Assembly (NCBI GenBank): GCA_951406725.2
Contig: OX597829.1
Location: 33,542,001 to 33,606,000 of the forward strand
From: Octopus vulgaris
Lineage: Eukaryota
Reading direction: 5' to 3'
DNA length: 64,000 bases
Shown: positions 45,601 to 60,100 of the stretch, piece after piece
Position numbering within the stretch: position 1 is the stretch's first letter
How the letters are laid out: the number at the start of each line of letters is the position of its first letter
The notes under the pieces: model-generated
Told to the model about the DNA's origin: nothing
Databases searched by the model: none
What the model saw: the letters and a program-made list of their open reading frames with translations, nothing else
Translations under genes and position numbers: made by a program

Positions 45601-47539
45601 AATCACTTCAGGTAGTTGACCCTGCTCAATCTGCAGAAAAGGCATAGGTAGAAACCCTAAGATGTACCCAGTGAAAGCTATAGACATATAAGAGGTGTAG
45701 AAATATCAAAGGAAGGCTAACTGGGAGGATAGCTTTTGTATGTGGCAGATGCTCAGGAGCAATAAACACAGAAAGTGTGCAGAGAACAACTTCCTCCACA
45801 TTCCAGGGAGATAAACTAGAAGTAGTTGATAGCTTCTGTTACCTAGGTGACCAAGTCAGTAGCGGAGGAGGGTGTGCCGAAAGTATAGCTGCTAGAATAA
45901 GAATAGCCTGGGCAAAGTTCAGAGAGCTCTTACCTCAGCTGGTGACAGAGGGCCTCTCGATCAGAGTAAAAGGTAGACTGTATGACGCATGGGTACGAAC
46001 AGCCATGCTACATGGCAGTGAAACATGGGCCATGACCACTGAGGACATGCGTAAACTCACAAGGAATGAAACCAGTATGCTCTGATGGATGTGTAATGCA
46101 TACACAACAGAGTGTAAGCACCCTGAGAGAAGAGTTGGGTTTAAGAAGCATCAGATGTGGTGTGCAAGAGAGACGTTTGCGCTGGTATGGTCATGTGGCG
46201 AGAATGAATGAGGATAGCTGTGTGAAAAAGTGCCACACCCTAGTGGTTGAGGGAACCTGTGGAAGAGGTAGACCCAGGAAGACATGGGATGAGGTGGTGA
46301 AGCATGACCGTCGAACATTAGGCCTCACCAAGGCAATGACTAGGGACTGGGACCTTTCGAAATATGCTGTGCTTGAGAAGACCCGGCAAGCCAAGTGAGA
46401 CCATAACCTAGTGGCCTATGTAACCAGCTCACTTATGTGTACCTTTCCTTCATTGGACACTAAACTCTGCTTGCGAAGACCTGTTGAAGCAAGTGAAATC
46501 GAAATCAAATTTGATGACTGGTATCTGTGCTGGTAGAGTGCTAAGAGCACCATCCGAGCATGATTGTTGCCAGAGCAGCAAACTGGCACCATTCGAGCAT
46601 GACTGTTACCAGCATCACCTTACTGGCACTTGTGCCGGTGGCATGTGAAAAAACATTTGAGTGAGGTCGCTGCAAGTGCCGCTGAACACCATTTGAGCAT
46701 GGCTATTGCCAGTACTGCCTGACTGGCCCTCGTGTCAGTGGCACGTAAAAGCACCCACTACACTCTCAGAGTGGTTGGCGTTAGGAAGGGCATCCAGCTG
46801 TAGAAACTCTGCCAGATCAGATTGGAGTCTGGTGCAACCATCTGGTTTGCTACTCCTCAGTCAAATCGTCCAACCCATGCTAGCATGGAAAGTGGACGTT
46901 AAACAATGATGATGTTAGTATTTTAGATCTGTTTATCCATCTTTTCATGAGCTGAATGGGCCTTTTTCATCTCCTTCATGAGGTTTAGCCTCTTGAAATC
47001 AGTCATTACGACTTTTTCTGCTTCCGTTTTTTTGTAAGATTCTCCAGATGTATCATGCCTATACCAGCTCAATCTTCTTGCTTGCACACTAAATCTAGTT
47101 CATCTTACAACTTCATTTTTTTAAGCTCATTTGTGCTTCATCATTTATGTACACTAACATTATATCCAGAGAAACATACTTGCTTCATTTCTTTCCACTT
47201 ACTCCACATCCACTGATGATCTTTTACTAGCAGGCAATATCACAAATTGTACCATATAATCAAGCCTTCACTCAGAGAGAGAATACTTTTGTTGCCTTGT
47301 CAGTAGATGTAATAATTCCTGCACTTCTTTTGATTTGCTTATTCTCTAACTAATGTACTTTCAGAATATATACATTTCCACAGTTGATTATGTCACCTAG
47401 ATAAGAGCTATCTAGAAAGACTTAGTATTTGAAAGAATTTACTCCATGGGTGCACTTTACTGTTAATTACTCCTGTGTCTTGCTATATATAAAACTATAT
47501 TTTTTCTGTCAAATCTGCCTGTGATCTCAGTATATCATT

Positions 47540-47579
<40 letters not shown>

Positions 47580-50288
47580 TGCACAAGTGCATTTACTTTC
47601 TGTATGTCTTTACATAACACCATTTGAACAAAATGTTAATATGTTTACATCTGTTGTAAACATATTCTGTTGCCCTGTGATTTTGAAGACAAGTGGAATA
47701 CTAAGGGTTGGCGACAAGAGAAGGATCCATCTGTAAAATACTGCTTTAATGAGTCTTTATCTCACCCTTGCTAGTATGGAAAAGCAGATGTATAATGATG
47801 GTAATATATCCTATAAATACATATTCATTTATGAAAAACAGACATTAAATGATGATTATATAAACTCAAATTATGCAATAAAAACAGTTCAATAATGTAA
47901 CCATTATTAATAACACATACTTAACACAAGTTGTTTAAATGCCGGGAGCTGCAGTTTATCATTTGAAAAAGATCCCTTTAAAGATGTATTGTGCAGAAAA
48001 ACACAATGTGCTTCAGAGCTAGGCAAAATGAAATTGTCCCAGTGCAGCAAATACAATTTTTTGAAGTTTTTGCAGTACCATGTACTTGCCTCACTTCCAA
48101 AATTGAAATTTCTAGTCTGAAGTATAAACTATTTAAAGAATAAGATCTACAGATCAGAGATTTTATGGGAGTTCCTGGCCTTTCTACTACTTTAATCTAC
48201 AGATTTACCTCATCTAATGCTTTTCTAAAAAGATATGCTAGTTCACCACCAGCAGTAGCATCAAACATGACACTATGGTATTTTTTGTTGTCATGCTATG
48301 AGTTGGCATTATCTTTTTCTTGGTCCTTTCCGAGCTGTTCCAGGATTTATTCCTGTTTAGCAGGCAGATCCCATTTGCACCATTCTCTATGATGGCTTTG
48401 TACTTTGCCCTGGCTCCTTTGTACACTTTAATGCTGTTTCTTTTGTTGTAGCCAGAGAACTGCATGCTGTGGATGAAGTGTTGTATATGTCTTTCTAATT
48501 CTATAGGGTCACACACTTAGGAAACATTCCTCATCACTTTCACCAAGTCCACTATTAGGATATTGAACTTGGCATTGCCTGCAATGGCTACGTTCTTGTG
48601 GACCAGGCATTTAGAGGCCATGGGTTTGGCATAGTAGGAATGAAGGATCTTACTATTCTTAGTTTCCAGCCAGAGTTTTATGTCTAATATTGGTAGCCTA
48701 TAGTTAGGCTACCAGGTTAGTCTGTTACTTTAGTCAGGTTAGTCTGTTGTTACTTTAATACTCTATTGGATGGAGCTAGCTATTTGCTGGATGCTCTCCA
48801 TAGTATTAGCTTCTTGTTCATTGACACTGTCTTTTTGGGGGTACTTTGGTCACTATGTTGATATCATCCACATAGTGAGAGTAAATGGTTAGTATTATGG
48901 AGCTCTCTGCTAATTTCTCTTTGAGTCTCCTATCCCATCATACCATAAATAGGTTAGCCAGCAATACTCATGACTGCACCTTCTCCTTGGGTGTATATCT
49001 TATTAAACTTGAATATGTGGCCCTAAAGTGTGACACTGGTACTCGTACCCACAACATGTGTAACCATTTTTCTAACCTGATTGTAGTTTTTAGGGGTCCG
49101 TATAGCTCTGGTTTACCCATTCAATCTCTCTCTAAGGGTCTTCTTTGCTATTGAGGTTATAGTAGGTGGTCTACCTTTTATTGATATAGTGGGGCAGAAA
49201 CAACTATGGTCATGTTCCAGTACTCCTTACATGTAGCATAGGGGGGGTGGATAGGTGAACACTGGTTGGAGCTCAAGGAGGAGAAAAGCTAGTCGATGCT
49301 CTACCAATACGTTCAATTAGAACAGAGGTTTGGTTGATAACATATAATTTAAGATATTATCAACACATAGAACAGATACAACACTGTGATTATGGAGGCA
49401 ACACACATAGTAATAGACAGATTGCGGAAACATGAAAGGAACAATAACTCCCACCACCACACCATGCACCAACATAATGACTAAAGACATAAGTAAAAAA
49501 AACAAATACAAACAGTATAATACATAAAACCATGCATACACATACAAAAGACATGTTCATACTTATAATGAAATATAAGAAACAGATAAGTAAATAAATT
49601 TTTACAAACTATATAAAGGGCACAGATACAAACAGTAAGCAAACTCATATACACACACACACACAGATACACACACAGATGCAAACATGTGCAGATAAAG
49701 ATTACACATCATAGACTGGCCTCCGTGCTGAGGGCACGTAACAAACACCATCCGAGCGTGGCCGTTCGCCAGCCTCGTCTGGCACCTGTGTCGGTGACAC
49801 ATAAGAAAACACCATCCGAGCGTGGCCGTCTGCCAGCCTCGTCTGGCACCCGTGTCGGTGGCACATAAAATCACCCACTACACTCTCGGAGTGGTTGGCG
49901 TTAGGAAGGGCATCCAGCTGTAGAAACACTGCCAGATCTGACTGGCCTGGTGCAGCCTTCGGGCTTGCCAGACCCCAGTTGAACCGTCCAACCCATGCTA
50001 GCATGGAAAGCGGACGTTAAACGATGATGATCATCATCATAGAGAGACAGACTGGACTAAACAGAACAGGAGGAAAATGGGGATGGAAGAGTTGCTGAAG
50101 AAGTCAGAGATGTGTGATGAAAGATTTCCAGACAATGGACATAAGATAAGATTAAAAGGGTAATAAATGAGTGGAGAACAAATATATAATGTGTGTGTTT
50201 ATTTGGCAAGAAAAAAAATGACTGTCCTAAAATATAACACTATTTGTTTCAACACATGATTCCACGTCAGGAATCTTGCAAAACAAAT

Positions 50289-50374
<86 letters not shown>

Positions 50375-53300
50375 AAAAATTATAGTTAATAAATTAAATA
50401 ACATATTATATTTTTTATCCCTGGGTATTGGTGTGGAGGCACACCATGCATGTAAAGTACAGGTAAGAACAGGATAAACAAGAGTTTATTAGGAACCAAT
50501 GTATATATGTAAATGTGGTCCAATCGATGTGTTTGTTAATCTGTGGTTTTTCTCTATTTTCTAATTATATATATATATGTATATTCATATGTATACAGTA
50601 TATGAAACAGAGTTAGCGGTTATAATAACCGATTAAGGGATAACATATTCGAAATATACTATCGGTATCCATTACCTGTATTATCCCTGGGTATTGGTGT
50701 GGAGGCACACCATGCATGTAAAGTACAGGTAAGAACAGGATAAACAAGAGTTTATTAGGAACCAATGCAAATAATTAGAAAATGGAGAAAACCACAGATT
50801 AACAAACACGTCGACTGGACCATATTTATAGCTCATTTTTAATACAGAGCATGGCATAGCATGTTGCATCACCTATTTTGTTATGTCAATCTGTGTATTA
50901 AAAAAGAAGCTATAAATGTGGTCCAATCGATGTGTTTGTTAATCTGTGGTTTTTCTCTATTTTCTAATTATATATATATGTATTTCATATTATACAGTAT
51001 ATGAGAATAGTCTAGCTGGTGGAAGTAAGAAAAAAGGTAAAGAAGAGAGTGTGAGAGACATACCCCCTCATAGCTGTCAGAACTATTCAAACTCTGTTGG
51101 CTTCCATGACCAGATAACTTGCCCGAACGTGACTGCAATAAACAATTTTAAAACAACAAATGTATCAATAATGATTAGAGATAAAACAACGAAATTTAAT
51201 ATAATTGCAATAATTTTTGGCTAGCTGGGCAAAGGATTTAACTAGAACCAGGCAGCAGTATACAGAAGCTCCTTCATGAGAGGACAGACTCCTGGGGGAA
51301 AATCAGGCATGAAGAGGAGTTTAACCAAGATACTTTGTGGCTGGAAGAAATCCAAAGAAGTTACTGCCCCTGCATTACACCCAAGACATACAACATTGAT
51401 GGTGATACCCTTGTAACTGTGATCCAGAAATTTCAGGATGGAAAAGCACCTGGAAGAGACTTGATTGTTAGATATTGGTACAAGAAGCAAACCTTCTACT
51501 GACTATATCCTATCAATATGTAGCAGCAAGCTCTTAGTGTGACTACCACACTGATTAGCTCTGGCAGAACAAAATTGATCTTCAAAATGCAGAATTACCC
51601 ACAAGGCAAAAAACTACCAGCCAGTTGCATGCCAGAACTTAATGTATAAGATATATACAGCATGCTTAAACCTCTTCCTCCAAGACCATTGTGAAACCAG
51701 TAACATCATCACAGCAGAACAAGCAGCTGGGAAAAAGGGAGTCTGGGGATGTGCAGAGCAATAGTTTAATCAACAGAACTGTGGTGTCAGAGGGAGCAAA
51801 GGAGGAACCTAGTTTCAATGTGGGTTTCATCCATGAGTGTTCCCCACTCATAGATCTAGAAGCCTTTCAATTTGCTAAAGTTCCAGTGAGCATAGTCAAA
51901 GCCATAACTGGCCTGACTTCATCGTGGGCCACCATCATGAAATTAAACACTGTATTTTCATTGATAGAACAGAGTATTGGAAAGGCATATTCCAAGGAGA
52001 CAGCCTCTCAGTGATGTTTATACTTTCTGTAAACTCCTTGTCATTCATGTTAAGGAAGTCTGAAGGATATCTCACTGGTTCACAAGGAAATAGAAATACC
52101 AAAATTACACTGCTTCTTTGTGGATGACTTGAAACTTTATGCAAAGAATATGCACAAGATGAAAAACAGCCTCGAACAGGTTACAACATTCTCAAAGGAT
52201 ATAGGGTTATTGGGTGAGGATAAATGTTATATGGTTGTGAAATGGGGAAAAATTATAAACCAGACTAGCAACACCTCCATCAATAACTTGACTGTTTCCC
52301 CTATAACTGATAAAAAATGTTACAGGTAGATATCTAGGGGTGGGTGTTAACATATGTAGCAATAGCACCTTTAACAAAATAGATGTCACTAAAATAGATG
52401 TTACAACCAAATAAAGAAAATTTGAACCTCAGAACTCTCTGCATTCAATAAAACTACTAACAAGCACACACAAATTCCACATAAACAGTGGCATAGACCA
52501 CCTCTACTTAAAATGAAAACAAGGTGGCAAAGGCTTAACATCAATCCAAAATACCTTTGAATGTTGTATCATATCCCTTTGGCAACATCTTTTAACCACC
52601 AAGTGTCAAAGTGCCTTCCTTAACCAAGTTTGCATACATGAAGCTGATATCATTTTAAGACTTGGAAGGCAGCACCTTGAGCAGCATTCCTTAAATACAT
52701 GCCCAAAGAAGTCGCACAATCTACTACAATGTCCCACTTTGAAGGGTGTGTTTGCAATCCAGGAACAGGAAATATCAACCAAATACTTGATGCACAAAAG
52801 GGACAGATGCAGGAAAAGCAGTAAAATGTGACAACCAATGCAGACCTTGTGGAGTTAACACAAATGATGTCAACCACATCATAAACAGTTGTCTAAAAAT
52901 GTCATCATGGTATTATGATGAGATACAATGAAGCTAGGACGCTGTATAATGACATCCATCAAAAGGATAACCCCCAAGGACAAAGAAGCCACAGCCACTC
53001 ATAATAAAAAGGGCTACTGGTGGAATGTCTCAGTGAATACCTCATTAAAATGTAAGTACAACATTATTTAATGTTATATATAATGATTTGGGATAGAGAA
53101 GAGAAACTCTGCACAGTTGTGGAAATCAGCTGCCCAGCAGATGTTAACAAAGCTGAAGATCAGTGAAAAAGAGAACACCTATGCTGAACTATTGAGAAAT
53201 CTGCAGTTACTCTATCCAGATTACAAGTTCAGGTTTATACCTGTAGTTATTGGGGGGGCCTGGGATATGTAACACACATCCTAAATACCAATCTTGAGAA

Positions 53301-54080
53301 ATTAGGCTTCTCAAAACCAGAAAGGAGAAAGCTAATTCAAAGACTACAAAGCTAATTCCAATCCATCACTGGAACTGTAAAAATCTGTAAAACTTTCCAG
53401 AAGTTTATCATTTATGTATACATAATCATGTCTAGACATGCAAATATATGGATGAGAAGATATACATAAAACAAAACGTACAAATCTGCAAAAATACCCC
53501 GTTGTTGATGTTGAAATTCCAATGAAGGAGCCTTGGATCTAGGTTAGAAACTGGCTCTTTCTCTATTGGCAAGAAATCTTGAAAGAAAACTGAATTATGA
53601 CATACAAACATATGCATGCATATATATGTATACTTGTTGGCTTGGATTTCTAGTAAAAGTCACTTACCATATGCAAACTTTTATCAATTCCTTCAACAGA
53701 ATATGCCAGTTTTCGGAGGAAACCAGCTTTGGAGGCATGCTGTTCCATAAGTACACTATCTTCTGAACGGCTCTTATTTTTCCGAAGTGATCTCCTCGAG
53801 AGGAGAAACCTGTAATAAAAGAAAAATAATATGTATATATATATACATATATATATATACGCACACCCATGTATGTGTGTATGTATATATATATATACAC
53901 ACACACACACGTATGTGTATATATATATATATACACACACACACACGTGTATGTTATATATATATAACAATATATATATATATACACACACACACACGTA
54001 TGTGTGTATATATATATATATATAACACACACACACACACATGTATGTATATATATATATACACACACACACACACAATG

Positions 54081-54137
<57 letters not shown>

Positions 54138-57100
54138 TACCGCTTTTATACTGTACACATGCAAGTGATTATGAGTAAGACCAATGTCCAAAATTAACTT
54201 GTTTCCTTGATTATTCCAGAGTTTTATACTAAAATATGTTGTAGATGCAGTTAATAAACACTAAAATGCCTAAAACAAGGGAGTTGAGTGAGTGAGGTAA
54301 AATCCTAGTTCATCATGAAGATGGAATGTCTCAAAGGCAAATTGCCCAAAAGATGAAATGTTTTTGATGTGTGATGCAAACGACAAGTGCTTCAGAGAGA
54401 CAAAATATGTGAAGACAATACAAAGAACAGGAAGAAAAAAAAGGTTACATCACCTCGTGATGACAGATCTGATATCCATCAGTCACTCAGTAACAGGAGA
54501 AAAATATCATTGGAACTGTGTGGACTTCAACAAGGCAAGTACTTCACAAATATCAACCAAAACTATTATGAGAAGGCTTGTAGAGTATGGTCTGAAAGGC
54601 TGTAAAGCCAGGGAGAAGCCATGGATTTCTGAAGCGAATATGGAAAAACGTCTTCAGTGGGCCAAAAACCACTCAAATTGGACCAGTGAGCAATGGTTGA
54701 AAGTCATATAGTCTGATGAAAGTCACTATGAAGTAAGATAGTACATGTATTCAATCAACATATAAACTCAATGTAACTGGTTTGTTGCCCAAAATATATA
54801 AAAAACATCCAACATAAAACCAATATTATTTTTCATGTTTTTACTCAGGGTTTTCGGTACATCTGGTGCAACTTTCATGTGTCGCAGTGTTGGGGAAGCA
54901 TTTAAGACTGAATGTCTGGTACCAACCATGAAACAGGGGCGTGGTTCTATCATGGAGCGAGCCTGCATGTCTGCCACAGGACCCTGAGAAATGTTACTAT
55001 GTCAGGGAAGGATGAATTCAGCTACTTTTGTTTCTATGTTATCGGATGTTTTAGAGCCATCAATTCTTAAATTGCATCCAGGAGTGTCGGAAAACAGGTC
55101 AACGCTCCATGTCATACAGCAATGAAAATTCGTCAACTGCTTGAGGCACAAATTATTGTTCTCATTGACTGGCTAGCTCAATGTCCCAATCTAAATCCGA
55201 TCAAACTCCTATGGGGAACTCTTGATGAAGCTATCAGGAACACAACAATTAAAAATATAGAGCATTTGTACAAACAGTTGAGAGAAGAATGGAGTTAAAT
55301 TGTGCCTAGCACCTGCAAGAAGCTAGTTGAGTCAATGCCCAACTGTATAAAAGTGGTAATTGATGCTAAAGGAAGGTCAACCAGATATTAAAACTAATGT
55401 ATATTGTGAAATATACCATAATCTACCATGTGCACGAGTTTCATTAACATTGAGATAGCAGAACCCCAAAAATATTGGCGGGGGGGGGGGGATAATACTT
55501 TTGGCCAAGGCTGTATATAGACATATATATATATATAAGCTTGGATTTGGTAATTCAACCAGTCGCTCAAATCAGCAATAGAAGCAAAACAACCATCTTT
55601 GGTTTCAAGACGAAAGGTATTCTTCCATTAGGATAATGCTCAGCCACATACAGCAAGGATGACATTCAAAAGGCAGCAGCAGTTTGAATGGGAAACAATG
55701 CTCCACCCACCATATTTGCCGGACATTGCTCCATCTGATTATCATTTATTCTGCATTCCTCAAAATCATTTGGACGAAAAAACTATGAATTCTATAGACA
55801 AGGTCAGAACAGTACTGGAGGAGTATTTTTCATCACGGACAAGAGAATTTTGAAAGAGGGGCTTTGCAAGACAACCAGATAGATGGAAGAGCATTGTAGA
55901 AAATGAACAAGAGTATATTTTAGATTAAAGAAAAACTATCTTAATTTTGAAAAATAAAAGAAGTATAAAAAAATGCATTATTTATTGGATGACCCAATAC
56001 ATCACAAGTTGATGCATAGATCGGAAGAAAAGTTGATATATAGATACATAGACACATTGTTAAATCAAAGAGACAAATAACTACAGCAAATATTGGACAT
56101 CCCCTTCACTTTTTATTGCCACACAAGAATAAAATTAACTTGCATGCAAACGTAAGTCACATGCACATGTAAATGCTTATTTATATGCATGCATACACAC
56201 CTGTTAGTTCAAATGGCACATGAACTAGATGGTGGGAGAGAGTATGTGAGAGACAGGGAGAGTATAAGAGACAGAGAGAGGTGAGTGAGAGAGATAATCT
56301 TTATAAACAATGGCCCTACTCAATATGTAGGAAAAGAGTTGAAAGAAATTCCATTTGCTGCACCCAGTGTAAACTATGGAAGCATAAGACGTGCAGTGGA
56401 ATCACAGGTAGATTAACAGATAAAGTCATCTTTGTATGTAGCAGATGTACAGGAACAATAAGCACTAAGAACACATAGGACTTATGTTGTCTCAAATGCC
56501 CAGGAGGCTCGCTTGAGGTTGTAGATAGTTTCTGTTACCTAGGTGATCAAATTAACAATGGTGGAGGATGCTCTGAAAGTATTGTTTCTAGAACAAGAAT
56601 TGGGTGGAGGAAGTTTAGAGAGCTATTGCCTCTGTTGGCAACAAAAAGATTCGCACAGAGTGAAAAGTAGCTGTATGATGCTTATGTGCAAACAGCTATA
56701 CTCCATTGTAGAGAGGCATGGGCTCTGAATGCAGAGGACATGTATAGGCTGGAGAGAAATGAAAGCAGTATGCTTCATTGGATGTGCATGTACAACAAAG
56801 AGCAAATGTATTGAGAGAAAAGTTGGGCATAAGAGAAGTCAAATGTAGCATGCAAGAGAGAAGACTAGGTTGGTTTGGACATGTGATGCATATGAATGAG
56901 GACAGCTGCATAAAGAAGTGCCAATCACTGAAAGTGGCTGGTACCTGCTGCAGACATGGGATGAAGTGGTATGGACAGATATTGGGCCCCATGGAGGAAA
57001 TAACAATGGACCAAGATGTCTGGCGATATGAGGTTCTTGAGAAGACACGCTCACATCAGCAAAACTGAGTTCTAGAAGTACTGACATTAAGAAAACTTTT

Positions 57101-60100
57101 CACACCCTACCCCAACAAACCAAGCTACATCTCTTTTCTTCCTTACATTTCCTCCTTCATACACTATGCTTACCTCTCCCTCCCCAGTCCCGTCCTCATG
57201 TCTGTATCATTTCTGTCTGGTAACCCCCACCACTCTATATAACCAGGTTTCCATCACTCAATGCATTCCCCTCCCCACTCTCTAATCATGTTTATTTGAC
57301 TCTGTCCTGCCACTTATATTATGAATTTCAAACCTCAAGAGTATGTCCTGGCACTTACCACCATCTATATATCTCTTTTCCTCTCCTCAACCATCCCATT
57401 TATATTCTGATCCCTGTCGCTTGTGATTATGCCTGGCACTTTGCTACCATTTCTATCCTGCTGTCTCCAACTCTCTTCTTCACTTGCTCTTCCTTCTGGT
57501 TGCATCTTCTTTGCAGCAGCATCTTTACAGCAGCACATCTGTTTCTGTCCTTGTTCCTGATCTCTCTCTCCCACTCTCTCTCACTCCGACCAAGTAACCT
57601 TGTACTGCTTCTGCTGCAAGACACCTCTTTCTGTCTCACTATAACTGTCCATAAACTGACACAAAATCACCTCCTCCAATGCCCCCTCCCTTATCAAAAG
57701 ATTTATGTCTTGTAAGTTACTTGGTGACCCTGTCAGTGCAAGTGCCACTTAAAAAGTGGAAAGTGGTTAACATTTGGAAGGGCATCCAGCAGTATAAACC
57801 TTGCCTGTGCTTGTGTCTCGTAAAAAGCACTCGGTCCATCCTGCTGGATGGTTGCTGCTGTTAGAAAGGGCATCCAGCTGTAACAATCCTGCCAAAACAG
57901 ACACAGAAGTCTGATGCAGGCTTCTTCCTGGCCAACTCCAGTCAAATCGTCCCACCCATGCCAGCAAGGAAGGTGGACGTTAAACAATATATTTAAATTG
58001 GTACTCCATTGATTACAAAAGTTCCAGTTAATCTGATCAATAGAACAGCCTGCTCATGAAATGAACATGCAAGTTAGCTGAGCACTCCACACATGCTTTT
58101 ATCCCAGTGGCAGCATGTAGATAAAATTAGTTAGTGTGTGTAGTAGTAGTAGTAGTAGCATCATCAATTAAAATCAAGCAGTACTCAATGTGGGTTTTAC
58201 TTGGACTCTGTAAAAAGAAAATTCACGGAAGAAACAGTGGTAGTAAAATTAGGGGATGCAAAGAGAAGAAATTGCCTGTAACAGTCGTGGTTTTATTTTG
58301 TTAATATGCTAGATAGCCTTTTTTGTGGGGTGGCCCAAATAGCAACAGTGCTGGTTTTTAAGCAAGCAGTAATAAAGAAGGATAGATTTGTGTTTTGAAC
58401 AGAGACAATAGCTTGTGAATTAAAAAAGAAAAAAAAAGCATACTAACCCTCCGTCATCTTCCTCATCATAGTCTTCAACAGACTGGCGGTGTAAGGCACT
58501 GGTAGATTTTGCTCTCATAGATACAATACTTATTTCTTCATTGTCTTTCAATTTAGATCTCTTTTTGTTACCCTTGAAAAATTTCCGCACAGCAACCAGT
58601 GGATTAAACTTCCTTTTTTTGTTTTCGTTTTTGTTGTCTACAACAAAAAGACATAATTTCAAGGATATATGCATGTATTTGTGAGTATATATATATGTAT
58701 GTGTGTGTGTGTGTGAACAAATGAAAGTAGCACTCAACATATTTAGTTAGATTCACATGTACTTAATAACAGTTTGGATCAACTCACATTAAAGTTTCAT
58801 AAGCATATAAAGCTTTAAAGATGTTCAGAGACAGAAAGTCTTGAAAAATAACAATTAAAAACAAATTCTATGCATTAAACACATGGAATCCATTTTGAAT
58901 TTAAACCTTTATTAGTGAGCACAGGTAAACATTGCATGCTACCAAGGTTATTTTCTTTATTTTTGGGACCACATGTTGACAATGTTAGTAGCTGTTTGGT
59001 ATATTCAGTAACACCTGTTCCTCGTTAAATATAAACACATTAATGACAGCAATCATCATGTGAAAGCAACCATATGATGACTCATCAGGTTATGATATTA
59101 GGTTACAAGTGAGGTCCTATAACCAATATGAGTTGGCTATAGTCTTTAAGAGTAGTAGAAATTATACACCCTGCTCTTGTGTGTAGGTCAGCTATGCATA
59201 GGGTGGCATATCCAGCTATCAGCATAATCCATGGGGGAGGCAATAATGAGGCTGATATCAGCTGGGTTATTTATCTTGCATATTATAAAGAAGTGCACCC
59301 TTATTAAAAGTTTGAAGATGGTCTGGCAATCCCAAGCTATAAATTCAGGAAGATCTTAAAATAATTTAGCCTAACTATAACAATTACCACCAATATTACA
59401 AAGGCTGACTTCTTGAACATAACCATAGATCTCAGGACAGGTATGTACTAGCTCTACAGAAAGTCTAAAGAGGAAACTTTATATACATAGATGCCAACCA
59501 TCCTCCAGTTATAATCAGAAATCTAGTCATGGGCATCCACAGAAAAATCTCTAAACTGTCAGTAGACAAAGATATCTTCAACTGCGACACACTCCACAAT
59601 ACTGATGCATTAGTGAGGAGTGGCTCCACAAATAAGAGTATATGAAGGATACTCAGCACCAAATCCAATGAGTTAGAAAGAGAAAAATAATGTAGTTTAC
59701 TCTTTCAATCAACCTTGAGGATTCCATGAAGAAAGCTGCAGTATCCATGAATAGGAAAAGTAAACTATTTTATCACTAGAAGTATGCCCTGTTAAAGAAC
59801 TTCAAACCTAGAGTCACTGATAATTCAGACATACCAACTTAGGCCTAGCTGATACCAACACAAGAGTAGAATAGCTGCCCATCTACATTACTGCCTATTT
59901 ATGTTGGTTACATGACTTAACTAATAACCTAACATCATCAAAGTGGTAACCACAAACAAACATGGTAATTGCTGTTGCTAAAGTGTTTATATTCCAAAGA
60001 AAGGAACTGGTGTCACTGAATATGCCACACTGCAGACTGCCATCAAAAAGGCACAAATATTCTTCCAACAGCACATGAACCTAAAACTAAGAAAAATAAC

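Noticed and set aside
47921-48018. Possible extra minus-strand exon ([32 protein letters not shown])
   Set aside because: With the best acceptor it is phase 2 to 1 and does not fit between exons 3 and 4; the alternative acceptor is weak. It needs RNA-seq.
50625-50670. Hammerhead-like CCGATTAA..TTCGAAA..ATCGGT
   Set aside because: Core G8 is absent, stem II is weak and the stem I register is inconsistent.
59100-59900. Selenocysteine-recoding Penelope (Naiad-type) element
   Set aside because: Too decayed to assign clade, conserved TGA codons or a SECIS.
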